64,000 nucleotides of DNA from Tubiluchus corallicola. Taxonomy: Eukaryota > Animalia > Priapulida. Positions 15,400-28,895 of the stretch are shown here, in pieces (the stretch's first letter is position 1; each line of letters starts with the position of its first letter). The DNA lies in NCBI GenBank assembly GCA_030141605.1, contig JAQGDQ010000130.1, positions 124,001 to 188,000 on the forward strand. Reading direction: 5' to 3'. The position numbers were made by a program, and so were the translations under genes. The notes beneath the pieces are model-generated. The model searched no databases. It was not told the DNA's origin and was given only the letters and a program-made list of their open reading frames with translations.

Positions 15400-15860
15400 C
15401 TACAGAATTTCTTTCAGAATTAGAGATGTTTCATTTAGATCTTTTTGTGTGAAATCCATCTACGTAAGTAATCTGCCGCTTCTTAGTTTCTTTGATGATT
15501 AAACTGATTCGTAAAAAGCTTTAATAAGTGGACTAACTTCTGGTAGTCATAGCATGACATATCCAGCTAAGTCTTCTGCGTTTAATCGTCCTGTACTTTT
15601 TTTCTTGATTTTATCGTACAATCTCTGTTGCTTATAACCTTTGGCCATTTTATTTCCAGTAATGATCTGCATAAACGTTTTTGAAAGGCGTCAATCTCCA
15701 TTTGTTTACTTACTTTTAAGGTCCACAGTTCTGATTTGTATTGGAAAATGGATGATGCGAAGGTAGCTTAATGATGATCCTAAGTTTGCAGTTTAAGCTG
15801 ATATTTTTGTTACTGAAAACATTTCTAAGTTTTGAGGATGCCGCTATTGCCAATATTTTC
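15400..15860 (-). mobile_element. Degenerate RTE-like LINE 3' fragment
   Basis: Peptide remnant LLSTEDIKKMKILAIAASSKLRNVF..KNISLNCKLRI; similar to 22547-23135. Confidence 0.6.
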
Positions 15861-16589
15861 ATTTTTTTGATGTCTTCAGTGCTTAATAATAGACTACATG
15901 ACCGAAGCGCTTGGCAACAGACGATTAATAGTGTTATTTCCTCCGACAAATGAACGCAAAACATCATGATTATAATATTAACTTGAAGTGATCTGAAGTT
16001 AAGTACCCACAACAACCAACAAAATAGTTTTTAACATTTTTTAACATGTCTGAATGTGAGATTATTTTATCATTTCTTTTGTCAGTCTAACGATGATTGC
16101 TAATGTGCAGTGAAAATATTATTTTTAATGACAAAAATTTGGTTGGTTATTGTTGGATATTTAACAAACCGTGCACGTTGGCTGTGCTTTGCAAAACTAT
16201 GTCATAATATTTTTTGAGAAATGGTGGCAAATTCTAAACATACGAGTAAGCCTATTCTTAAGTCAAAATGCAATCTTAAAACATCCTTGTATAACAGATA
16301 TTATTAATAGGGTTTGTAAGGACGGCTCACTGTTTACATTTTTATTTTTTCTAATTCTTTGTGTAGTTATTCTGTTTTTAAATCTCTATAACCCCTCCTA
16401 CCGCTGACATAAAAATGAAGAGCCTTTCAATATTTTACAATTCTATACAAACATCGCATTGTTTTTCGTAAATCATAAAATTGTTTAATAAAGAAAATGC
16501 TGTCTGTAATCTATCCTATCTGTAACTGCTGATTTAATTGTCAACAAAACAAGCAGTTTATTAACTTATACGCAGGTAGCCAAAGTTAT

Positions 16590-16990
16590 CCAAATGAAAA
16601 TGTGTAAACGAATTTAACATAAATTGTGATGACATAAATACGAGCAACAATTTTATAACCTAAACGGCCAAAATCATAAAACTAAAAATAACAACTAGTT
16701 CTAAGTTGAGGCAGAACGCTAAATTATTAAAAACATACTCATACATACACATATTATTACCTCAGCAGTTCTACCTAGTCGCTAAAATCGATGAAAAAAC
16801 TAGTTGATCAACACGGAAACTGGAAATGTTCAGCTCTCTACGAAAGTCACGAGGCTTTTAGGAGCTTATGAAGCATTTAGAATTTTTATAAGTAATGGAA
16901 ACGTGACGTAATTAGAATTATGACGAATATGACGAGCGCGGTGACGACAGTTTATGGCAACAAACCAAACATTCCTTGGTTGTTATCTTA
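16590..16990 (+). repeat. Second copy of the 11990-12410 repeat
   Basis: See partner. Confidence 0.75.
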
Positions 16991-17069
16991 CGCAAACAGC
17001 CGCGCGATGACGCCACTGTATTGTTGATAAGCAGCCTCAGTTAATAGGTTTATAATGGCTTGGTTTATA

Positions 17070-17490
17070 AATGACGCGTTTCAATGGGGAAATTACTTAA
17101 ACATTTTGGGTATCAGGTGGCCAAAGAAAATTTCAAATAAAGATCTGTGTGAAAGAATAAAGGAGAGACGTTGGACAAGAAAAATAAAAAGGTGCCATTT
17201 AAGATGGATTGGGCATATGCTTAGACTACCTGAAGATAGTCCAGTTAAATAAAAAGTTGCCATTTAAGATGGATTGGGCATATGCTTAGACAACCTGAAG
17301 ATAGTCCAGTTATGACAGCTCTTCAACAAGCAATTAGAACCAACGGGAGTACAAATGATAACATAATTAGATTTTGCACAGAAAAAACAGAACACTTCAG
17401 CACTGATCCTTAGAGATAGAAACATTCTAACGTAAAGAGGTCCTTGAATCATGTTATGGATTCATGGCTCAAAAGATTATGATGACGTTG
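17070..17490 (+). mobile_element. RTE-like LINE 3' fragment with an internal 65-bp tandem duplication (17182-17312)
   Basis: ILGIRWPKKISNKDL...RWIGHMLRLPED, typical of the region C-terminal to RT in RTE-clade ORF2. Confidence 0.8.
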
Positions 17491-18394
17491 ATAGTTTGGG
17501 TACAAGAGCTTTTACGCGCGCGCGATCGTAAGCGACGCGACCCTACAAGAGCTCACATTCTTCTTGTTGCTCTTCTTCTTAACCATACAGTACTTTTTGG
17601 AAAATCTAATTAAGTTAAGTCATAATTTTGGTATTAGTCTTAATATGCTGGCGTATGTAAGTTTTCAGACATGTTCAGCCAATTAATCCCTGTTGGTTCA
17701 TCACTATTAATTTTAATTTTTTTATACAAACTATTCCAAACAAGGCCGTGGGCTAAGGTAAAAAGATAGAAATATATTTAAAAGAGATTTAATGTAACTG
17801 ATTTGTTACTACTAGAAGGTGCATGTTAACATTTTTCTTCTTCAAGCGAGTGAGGTAATAGTCATCGGGGAAGCAGTTTTTAGTAACGAATTTAACAGAA
17901 AAAGCTAGATTTATAAGTGGCAAAAATTCATAGGAAAAAATATGAGAACCAGCGACGACGCTGCTTTGTCCGCATTTTGGAACCAGTGACATGGCGGCCC
18001 AGGAACGTCTTCCATTAAAGTTTTTCATTAAAACTTTTTGGATAAAATATATAAGCTAGGCTTCCCCAGACCTGTTACAGATTTGCTTAAGCACCGGTAT
18101 TCTAGTCATTTTCTGTGCAAAAACGGGTAATATTTCATCTGATCCTATCACATGACAAGTGCCCAACAAGCTGGGCTTCCATCTGTTTGCTATTTATGTC
18201 GAAGATCTGAGAAATTATGTCGTATTACTGTGGAGCTTGTAGATAGGGAATGTGATTATATATTATCCAGATAACTATTTTCTTGCCGCTCCAAGTAGTG
18301 GTGTTGCAAAAATTAAAAAAAACATATGAAAACTATACAGAAACATACAGAAGCGCATGACATCGTTTTTAACGGCAGTAACCAACTATGTTTA

Positions 18395-18903
18395 CAGGGT
18401 GGCACATAGCCTTTACTAAGGGGTACAACAAAAACCAGCAATAGTACAGAACAATGCATCTGTATCATGCCTCCATAATTTGGTGTGGGTGCCCCACACG
18501 CCTCGCACAGCTTACAATCTTGTAGGTTGTGATTGGAGCAGTGGGTGGAAGAATTCAAAGTCCCCCAATACATCTCACAAGTTCTTCTAACGAATATTCA
18601 TCAATGACATGTTCTTTTATCAGTTTAGCGCCTCCTCTGCCTTTCAGGACAGTTCCAAACTCTTGTCAGGTATTAAATCTAGTGAATTTCCAAACAATTC
18701 GATTCAATTGAAAAAATTATTCCCAGAGTTTTCATGTCACTGTTGCAATCATACCTTTCAAAACTGTAGATTATGCGACACGTATGAGGTCTCCACACCA
18801 AATTTTGAAGTCACGATAGATTCTCAAATGTCTAACCAGAAATTGTTCTGTACGATTAGTTGTTGCCTTGTACCCTTTTAGCAAAAGATTATGTACCATC
18901 CTG
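18395..18903. mobile_element. MITE with long inverted arms and Tc1/mariner-like CAGGGTG termini
   Basis: ta-cagggtggcacatagcctttactaaggggtacaa ... ttgtacccttttagcaaaagattatgtaccatcctg; arms about 150 bp. Confidence 0.75.
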
Positions 18904-19004
18904 TGTATGTACCATACTTTGTTCCAACCAGTATACATGCGTCATAATGTAGATAGCATAGTGGGCCTATATATTTCTTGTAGCTAATTGAGTGCAGTAA
19001 CAGC

Positions 19005-19200
19005 AAAAAATATTTAGAACATAATTATTATCGTGTGACACACTGATGATGAAGATATTGCTAATCAGTTACGTTTGTTTTATGCGGCAGCAAATATGCT
19101 ATGCACAAAATTTTATTATTGGCAGGTAAGCTTAAGTCACATTTGTTAGACCTTATTGTTTCAGTTTTTATTACAGTAATCTCTAGCTATTATACAAACG
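19005..19200 (+). mobile_element. Old LINE ORF2 remnant
   Basis: Translates to DDEDIANQLRLFYAAANMLCTKFYY after a KYL-like motif. Confidence 0.5.
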
Positions 19201-19839
19201 GCGAGGATTCATGTATCAGTTTTAAAGACTTTTTATTTAACTAAAATATATTTAAACTAAACTAAGCGTGGTAGTCCAGCAAAACTTTGCGCGCACTACG
19301 TATTGCTCTCTGAAAGTTTTATAACTGAGAATAAGATTCACATTCACGCACGCGTCTGTGATTTGTGCAAACAATCATTACCATGTAAATGTGTTTTCGG
19401 CTAGCCAAATAATTCGGATTTTGAATAACAGTGATAAGATTTTATCTTGTATAACTGGTACAGATATCCGATGTAAATCATTGTGCTTCCAATGCTGGAA
19501 CTTATTACTGACCTCTTTATTTATTGTTTTGAACTAACCTGTGCTCATTGTGTACAGTTTTATCTTTTGTATATAGTTTTATATTCTGCATCTTCGATTT
19601 GTTTTATATAGTACTACGTGTTTTGATTTAAATGTAAAATAAATTAACAAAGTAGCGATAAAAGAGGCTTAATGCAGCAAGTGACCCTCAATGAGCAAAG
19701 ATGTGCATGGTTAAGTTTAAAACTTCTATGTCCAAGCAAGATATTCATAGTTCTTTCATGTAAACGTTAAGCATTGTCAGCTAACAAACCATTTTTTATT
19801 TCATTTGAAGTTGGTTATTGCTTTGTTTATTAAAGTAGA

Positions 19840-20140
19840 GCCAGGTCGCCCAGGCTGGTCGGTGAATGGATGGATTAACAGCTTAATTGTTGCTTTGGGC
19901 TGTTTCGTTCGCCGTGCTGCTTATGGCTGTTTACTTCGTAGAGGAAGAATGTAAACACATCCGGACGTGACTGACATATGTACCTCCGGTGGTTCAGTAT
20001 CTCCTCTTACAAGTATTTCTTTGATAACGAGCTAGGTTCCTGTCTTGCCACCATCACCTAATTTGAGTAGGACCTGCCGGTGAATGCTACATTCCAGCTT
20101 GTAGATTCCGAGTTGAATAAAAAATTATTGATAAGGAAAC
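19840..20140 (+). mobile_element. Relative of the 11324-11620 repeat
   Basis: Shared 3' blocks; see partner. Confidence 0.55.
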
Positions 20141-21088
20141 GCTGACTCGCGGTGTTTGTAGTTCAATAGAAGCCTCTTTTAAATCATGCATCTTTTCCAC
20201 AACATCGGCGAAGGCCATAGACCAACACACCATTAGATATCAAAAATACAGAGACATGGGAGGTTGTGGGTGACAGGGCAGCGTGGTCTGAAGTGATAGC
20301 AAGGGTCATGTCAATGGACGTGTAACTCCAGAAATGATGATTATGATGATGATGATAATATACCAACATCAAATGATATTGTACTATTATACAAATCACC
20401 TAATTATTTTATTTCATCCATTCATATATCATTTGGTGATTTCATAAAATGTCTCATCATTTCAAGTATGTTATCAGTTGTATATGAGAGCCAGTTTTCT
20501 TCGAATTTAATTCACGTTTGTGATTATTATAATAAGATACCAATCAATGGCACGTTTTCATGCCATCCTGTCTTGTTTCGTTCAGCCAAGATAGTCTCAT
20601 GCCAACCCATCTTATTTCCAGTGATTCCTTAACGCTGATACTGACAGACATTTAGTAAAAATGTCCGCCAATTTAATATTTAAAAAATGCGACCCGCGCC
20701 CACGTGGGCATAGAAAAACACAAGAAATTCTTGGTGCCTTTCATGTCTTCTTTTGACGGCAAGACAAGGACGAAAAATACTCCATCTTGATATTATGCTT
20801 AAACTTGTCTCTACGAGGCTGATGCATGGATACTTTATTTAATGCAAATCTATTGTTGAAATACTTGATGATAAATCATGAACGCAAATTTGTTTTTTAT
20901 GATAAATATCTTCATGAAATTCAATATAAGCATAATAATTCATTTATTACAGTATTAATAATTGCTAGTACTGAAAGAAATATATAGTTTAACTTTATCT
21001 ATATTAATAACACAATCTTTGTCAAAAAGCAATAAAATAATTACAAGAAAGTACAATGTATAAAACCAGGATAAAACGTATACGCAGT

Positions 21089-21478
21089 AGGGACATAAAT
21101 TTTACAGATAAAATGGCTACTTAAAAGGTTGCGGATAAAAGCACAAAGAAACATGACTACTTACATGTGCCTGTTAAAAGATACATGATTATGTATTAAG
21201 AATTACATCGTTTAAACATTTTTAACACGTTTGTTACTCTGAGCAAATATACATACATGTATATTTTCTGTTTACGTCCCTGTTTGCAGCAGGGACATAA
21301 ATTTTACAGATAAAATGGCTACTTAAAAGGTTGCGGATAAAAGCACAAAGAAACATGACTACTTACATGTGCCTGTTAAAAGATACATGATTATGTATTA
21401 AGAATTACATCGTTTAAACATTTTTAACAAGTTTGTTACTCTGAGCAAATATACATACATGTATATTTTCTGTTTACG
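21089..21478. repeat. Near-perfect 188-bp tandem duplication with a 14-bp junction insert
   Basis: 21089-21276 matches 21291-21478, one mismatch seen. Confidence 0.95.
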
Positions 21479-21793
21479 AATCATTACCTGTCCGTAGACT
21501 GCATTCATTTCCTGTTAAAACTTATTTTAAATACCGTAGTTTAATATCAGTTTTCAGTTAAAATATTTACATTCGAATCTACAACCATAAAAAAACTATA
21601 ATAATGAACAACTAGCGGACTAGGCTTCATTAATACACAGTTAAAAAGTCAGCTTTTGAAAACAAGTGCACAAAGAAAATTTCAAATTTTAAGTTGTGAC
21701 GAACAAGTAGTGTTTCAAGCTTAGAGATTATCATAGGTTTAGAATTGTTTATAGGATAATCTAATGTACAGATATCGCTACAAAATATTACAA

Positions 21794-21795
<2 letters not shown>

Positions 21796-21881
<86 letters not shown>

Positions 21882-21885
21882 TATT
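21796..21885. repeat. (TTA)n microsatellite
   Basis: Seen directly. Confidence 0.95.
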
Positions 21886-22546
21886 AATTATTTTTAAAAT
21901 AGAAAATTGTTTACAAATTTGTCTCTATTATTCAAGGATAGTTACATTATTAAATATAAAAACAATAGGATATGTCGACTTTACAATAACAACTACTAGT
22001 TACACAGCAAACAGTTACACAACTTACATAAATTTCAAGGTAATTGCATGAATCAATGCCGCTTACACCTTGATTCAAATTCATTTAACATACAACTACA
22101 TGTTTCGACATACAACTTATAATACGCGTAAGGGTACACGTATATTTATGAACTGCTAATAAAAATAACCAGACACCTTTATCTGTCAGCTACTATAAGT
22201 AATTTAACTCATCTAGCAGAGTTTACAATTGCAAATAAATTTTTAGGTATACCAGTCTTACCTGAAAGATGCGTCGACTATGCTGAAAGATGTCTACAAC
22301 CCCGAAAAGCGAGTTTGTAATTAAAAATAAACACTCGTAAGAGAAAAAGATGCGATGCACGTTTGGTCGCTTTGATATTTGCACGTGTTTTGCCGTTTAA
22401 GTGTTTGGAACGTTTGTTGCCATGTGACGCAAATTTGCGCATGTAACTATGATGCGTGTGACGGCACTTGACGACAACACTGATGACGACAGGCTCTGAT
22501 AACGAGCATAACATAGTTTCGTTCGATTTATACTACAGAGTAACAG

Positions 22547-23135
22547 ACTTCTTCTTCTTCTTCTTCAATGAATCACACGTCCAGGGACATGATTCTGCTC
22601 ACCTCTCTATGCCAGGACTCCCTACACGTTGCAATGCCCCAAGTGGATTTATTTCTAAGGATCAATTCTGAAGTGTTTAAATCTTTCTGTGCAAAATCGA
22701 AATATGTTAACATTTGTCCTCCTGCAGGTTTTTAGCTGGTTCTATGGCTTGTTGAAGAGCTATCTTCACTGGAACATCATCAGGTAGTCTAAGCATATGC
22801 CCAATCCATCTTAAACAGCGTCTTTTTATTTTTCTTGTCCAAGGTTCTTCTTTTATTTTTTCATATAGATCTTTGTTTGAAATTTTCTTTGGCCATCTAA
22901 TACACAAAATGTTTCTGTAATTTCGCCTTTGAAACGCATCGATTTCAGCTTTATGATTTGCTTTTAATGTTCAGAGCTCAGAGTTACACAGAAATACAGT
23001 TTCAACTAAGGCTGAGAATATTCTAATTTTTGTTTCCAAAGAAATCTTCCTTTTTTCAAAAACTTTTGTGAGTTTTGAGTAAACTGATAATGCCATTATC
23101 TTCCGTCTTAATATGTCGTCCTCTGTTGTCAGCAG
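22547..23135 (-). mobile_element. 5'-truncated RTE-like LINE with a (GAA)n tail
   Basis: IRWPKKISNKDLYEKIKEEPWTRKIKRRCLRWIGHMLRLP; (ctt)n at 22548-22566. Confidence 0.85.
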
Positions 23136-23630
23136 ACTACACACTACATACTACAGAGTTATATTACTATGGCAATCTGAGTAACACAGAAATAGACACG
23201 CGGGCTCAACACGCGATTTCAAAAGAAGCGCAGTAATTAATTTGGGCGAATTGTTGTGCTAAGCACGCCTTATCGATTATTATATATATATATAATTAAA
23301 AATATAGAAAAAAATTATTAAAATTTAATGACAATAACATTTACTGGCTGAAATTTATAGTCAAGTTGTAACTAAGTTTCCCAATGCAAGACTGTGAATA
23401 GCAAAATAGCTCCAAATAATATTTCTGTTAAGTGAGATGCCAGGTAAAAGTTGAAGCAATCGTTAGCAGGCAATACTGGCCTCAGTGATACATTTGGTTT
23501 ACGCGTTTTTGTCAGGTACCTGTAGCCAATTTTAATACCATACATTTTTTAAAGTTCGGAATAGTTTTAATGAGCGATTCAATTTTGTTTCTCAAAAATA
23601 TTCTTATATTATTGCCATCCTGGCAATCTG

Positions 23631-23828
23631 GGGGCGGATTCACAAAGCTTCTATACGAACTATTATTTGAAAGATCGTTCGTTAGAACATTGTTAGGCTT
23701 ACTATAGAATCCACAGAAGTTTCGTAACTTAAAAAGGTTATAAAAAGATCCAAGGCGGGTAGCAAGTTTATGAAAACAAAAAAAAATCCTACGGAGTTTC
23801 TTACGAATGTGTTTAGTGAATCCGGCCC
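23631..23828. mobile_element. PIF/Harbinger-like MITE
   Basis: TIRs ggggcggattcac / gtgaatccggccc, flanked by ctg / cag. Confidence 0.7.
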
Positions 23829-26004
23829 CAGGGATGTATTTAACAAATCTGGGTTTTTAACACCCAGCCCGCTTTTACCTGGCATCATATTTAGCAGAAA
23901 TATTGGAAATCTTGAAAAACACCTGCTCGGAGATGTGCTAAAGAACAGTTGTCAATTGGCTTGCGAGAGTCTGAAGTTGCCGCACGTGTGCCGCTCAGAC
24001 GCGCGTGCTAACCTTCGGCGCGTCTGCTGTTGATCGAGTATTACGTTAAGCAGCTGTGAAAGATTAATAATTATTCGATATATAATGATCAATATTATTT
24101 TAATGATTTAATAATTTTTAATGCATGTCAAGATTGTATAATAAAATGTATAAATATTAACTGTCAATCTGCTACATAGCCAGTGTGACCAATCGCTTTG
24201 TGTACTGCCGAAGCAATTTCATAAAAAACTTCCTTCATAAAAAAGGTCAACTTAAAAACCAGATTGCGAAAGTGACGCACATAATGTGATAAAGAGTCTA
24301 CACATAAATGAACTATAATACAAGTCCCATGTACGTTCAGATGTAGTGTAATGTCCATACGAACGTACACAGTAATGTACGTAATATTAACGAATAAAAA
24401 ACGTATATAGCTTTTAGATAGTAATTAACAAATCTTCCCAAAAGTCGGAATAAAACATCAGATATACATGTAGAAAAATGTGACTCACTCAGCACCAAAA
24501 ATGTGAACCCAACTATTATTATAAGTTACAATAATCTGTGTTATCTTGTATTTGAATAAGTTTGCTATCGAATAAAAACTTAACTCTAATTAATCAAAGT
24601 AGCAAATGACCGAATTCCGTATGCATACTATATTTTGCGAAATGAAGTTTAGTTACCTGAATTCTGAGAACACTTAACATTACTAGCAGGAATGAAATAC
24701 AAACTCTACTAGGTATTGTAAATAATTTCAATAATTTATTACAGGACTACGCATGTTAAAACTGACATTCATATTTATATAAACACGGAAAATAACAAGA
24801 AACGCGTCATAATACATTTACAGTAAAAGGCAAGTTGGATTGCAAAAAGAAACAATTGTACACATGCATTAGACCACTACAGTTAACAGGTCCCTCTACA
24901 AAACAGAAAAATATACAAAAGTATTAACTAATGTCACAAAACAAGGCCAACAGAGACAAAAGCACAAAATATACAAAAATATTAATGCTACAAAACGCAA
25001 CGGAGATAAACGTAGAAAATGTTGAAAAGTACTAGTTGATGCTACAAATGATCAGTCATTTTCTTTATTGTGTAGGATTTTTTATTAAAACCACCAATTC
25101 TTCTCACTAAGAATAATTTCCTAGATCCTTACAAGCACTGTAATCAAGCGGTTATTACTTGTCACATTTTAATTTTAGTTAATATGAAAAGATGTCAAAA
25201 TATCACCAATTTGTGGGATTCTTTTTTCAGCAAGATGCTAACATCAAGTAGGGACCTGTCATTACAGGTCGACATTATTAACAAACTATTGTACTGGAAA
25301 TGAATTTGGTTATGTCAGAACTCAGAACATTGCAAAACAGTTTGTAAGGGCATATTAAAAAGGGAAAACCAGTTTGATAAGAACAGGATAGACTTAAATT
25401 TGACTATTGGTGTTGTTACTAAGAGGATTTACAAGCAAATTAGTGGAAAGTGCTCTGTTTGAAAAGTTTCAAATTGCAAGTATAGAGGGTGCTGTCACCT
25501 AAGAAGTAACACAACAGTTTCATGTTAAAGCAGTTAAGTATACATGGCAAATGATACTTTGACAATTAATTGATAATTATAAAATGCACTGACAAATGAT
25601 TTTTAAAAGTCTTCAATTCAAACGGTTTGGTACAAGTAAGTCACACAACTTGACAAATGCTGAGGGACAGTGCCTTGGAGTATGAAAAAAATTGACATCG
25701 TTACAAAGAAATAACTTGACTTTTTACAAGTACTGATTTGTACAAATGTCTCACAAACAAATAATCATGTAGTACAGTAACCCAGTTCAAATTACAACTC
25801 AAAAATAACTGCAATCAATTTTCAAGCAACATACACATAATGGTACATAACCCCTGGGGACAGGGTGTGTGGCACAAACTATGAGTAATAGCACAGAACA
25901 ATTCATTACAGTCAAAAGTCTTGATACCACCTACTTTGGGACTGCAAAAACGTTGGCATTATAGCGAGTTTGGTATTATAACGAGGTGCATTAATATATA
26001 AATG

Positions 26005-26470
26005 TAGCAAGTCTATCATGACCTCTCTAAATTGGATATACAGGCACATATGCCTCGCACAGCTTGCAATCTTAAGAATATGACTGGAACAATGACTCAA
26101 GATCCTCCAAATCATATCGCAGATGTCTCACAAGCTTGTCTGCTGAATATTAATCAAGAGCATATTTTCCTTATTTTAGTGTTCATTCTGTCTTTCATGA
26201 TAGCTCCCAGTGTGTTTTGCAGCATTGAGGCTAGGTGAATTTTCCTGGCTACTCGGTTCAATCGAAAAAATCAATTCCAGTTTACAAGTCATTTGCTCCC
26301 ATTATATCTCTCAAAACTGCAATCTGTGTGAGATGCACGGGGATTCCACACAAAACTTTGACAGCATCATAGATTCTCTATTGTTTCAGCAATACTTTGA
26401 TGTAATAAATTTTTCTATACTATAATTCATTGTTTTTGTACCCACTGGTAAAAGGCTACGTACCACCCTT
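26005..26470. mobile_element. Second copy of the 18395-18903 MITE family, left end degenerate
   Basis: gcctcgcacagctt.caatctt and atagattctc...ttgtaccc...aaaag.cta.gtacca.cct are shared. Confidence 0.7.
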
Positions 26471-28475
26471 ATGCATGAACAGAAAGCAACTAAAAGAATT
26501 TTAACTATTTCTTTTTCCAGTGTTGTAACTCAATAGCACAATTTACACAAAACTAACATTTATTCTGTCTGAAACTCTGAACGTTCACGATTATTTGTTA
26601 TGCACAGACGAGCATAAGTATTAACACTGCAAATGCTGAAAAACAAGAAGTGATAATTACGTTTCTCAAGAAGCATACAAGTTGGACGCATACACCCGAT
26701 TTTGTTTATTTGTTTCTCACTGTTGTATCTCAAAAAGATGTGGATAAATAAATTTACATAAGATTTTGTGGAAGGGTAGACTGTAACGCAACCAAAAACT
26801 GGGCAGATTTCGGCAATAGAGTAAAAATGGCAAATATTACAGATACTTTGTTATTGAATGATTATTGCTATTATCAGAGGAAACCAAGAATTTGGAAGTT
26901 TTGAGCCTTTGCAGTTTGTATATATAATATGCCTTCTTAATTACTCATAGACTACTGTAGTTCTATGAACTATAACTTACAACAGAGAATTGTTTTGTTT
27001 TAAAATAATGGGCAACTGTAAACCAATTTCTTTAAGAAAATATTTAGACGATACTGTGCTGCTGTGCACTTATCGAATAAGCATATCAAGTGTGGCAAAT
27101 CGAACACTATGTTCTAAAAAAATACATTCAGAGCCCCACAAAAAAATTTCGGCTAAACTGATCTCAGAAATTAACACTGATAGTATCAAAGGGATTCTGC
27201 GAGACAAAATATGAATTATTTGGGATATTAGTATAAAATGCCGAAGTTATACACCAAAACATTAGTTACGGCAGTTAGCAGACTTGTAGATGGTGCCTGA
27301 ATTATTTACAATTACTAGGCAGCAGAGTAGGTTGCATGTTACATTCAGCAAAACTGGTAAACCTCTACAGTGTGTACATATGAATGTCACACAGGTTTGA
27401 ATGGCAAAGATTGCACAAATACATTAATTTCATTACCACCCAGCCTAGTATTCATTTTATCTAATCTGCATCTTTATCTATAATACTAAATTATTCATGA
27501 AATGAATAATATTCACTAGGGAATGTAAAATTTCATAGTGCTTGTTAAAAACCATGCAGAAATTATTCTTAGTCTTTGAATTTTTTCTTTAATGAGGTAC
27601 AGATGCACGACTGAAGTAATTAAGTTTCCTGGCTATTGCTTAGCAACACAATTTTTTCAACTATAATTTTGCAAACAACCTGAGACAAAACCATTCTCCG
27701 ATACTTAGCGAACAAAAATTAATAACAACGAAATAAGCACACGAATTAAAAAAACATCAAAAAACAATGCAATAACTGTGTGGTATTATCAGCACCAATA
27801 TATTTGTAATTACAGTTTATAATTCTCTTTAAAGTTGAAAGGAGAGAATTTTCTTGCGACGACACGTGAAAAGAACAGGACTTCTGTATTAGTTATTAGC
27901 TGAAAAACCGGTAATGATCAGTTACATATATACACTGACTAGTCGCTTTGTCGATAGGATGATAATCTCTTGAAAAATGACTAACACAAAATATAACTTT
28001 TAGTAAATAGTGAGCGTTCATTATAATTGCTATTTACAAGAAAAGTTGACTTTGTTTCGCTGCAGATGGCGTTATCATCTTATGAACAGCATGGCAATAA
28101 ACACGGTCCATGTTACCATGTAATGTGTAAACGTTCACATAGAACATAACCACCGTTGTTTCACTTGCCTCTGCGAAGCAAACCAATGAATTTATAATCT
28201 ATACTTCAGAAAAATGTAGTTCACATGAAATGAAAATTTTACACCTAGTAACCTGCTCACTTCACAACCAGCCTGTCACAAACAGGATCAAAATGCGATC
28301 TGCTCTACATTTCCACAAGTCTAAACCCTCATTATTCTGCACAAAATTATAGTAACGAAGACAGATTAACATACACACAAGTTTAATTGTCAGTTGTTGT
28401 AGTTATTCTGAACATTTGCACAACAAAAGTTCACAGCAAGTCGGGGGGAGGGAGGCATTGTTTATGTGCGGAATG

Positions 28476-28895
28476 CTATAGTAGTTCAGTTTCTTGCTGA
28501 CATGAACCAGACCTATCATTTCGATTAGTATTATTAGTTCCTCCTACAGCCCCGTCTTTTTCCTTTTCCTTTTTGTCTTCTGACGACTTTCGACGGCGTT
28601 TTTCCGGACAGTTTTGAATGTATATCACTCTATTATATGCGCGCCATCGTCGACACAGTTGAACGTACATTTTGCACTGAACGTACATGAACACTAACCC
28701 GCCAGTGAATCCTATGGCAACCACGATGAGTTTCGTCCAGAATGGCCATTTGAGAATACCGGCGGCTATTTCCTCGGTAGTTCTGTCAATGAGGACGTAC
28801 AGAGACCATATGACACATGTTATAGCCACTATGTGAAAGCTGACAGAGCATAGCACCTTGCGTCGTTCTACTGATGTCATATCTAGTTTCTCCCA
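28476..28895 (-). CDS. MARCHF8: MARCH1/8-like E3 ligase, last coding exon (two TM helices and cytosolic tail)
   Basis: ttttag|TGG GAG AAA CTA GAT ATG; [62 protein letters not shown]; TAG stop. Probably co-orthologous to MARCHF1 and MARCHF8. Confidence 0.95.
   Translation of the reverse strand, partial: WEKLDMTSVERRKVLCSVSFHIVAITCVIWSLYVLIDRTTEEIAAGILKWPFWTKLIVVAIGFTGGLVFMYVQCKMYVQLCRRWRAYNRVIYIQNCPEKRRRKSSEDKKEKEKDGAVGGTNNTNRNDRSGSCQQETELL

Noticed and set aside
17510-26930. Helentron-associated (HINE-like) remnants at about 17510-17760 and 26656-26930
   Set aside because: Only a general resemblance; subterminal repeats and hairpins could not be verified.
28479-28500. MARCH C-terminal QETELL as a dileucine sorting motif
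   Set aside because: Acidic residue spacing does not fit [DE]xxxL[LI].
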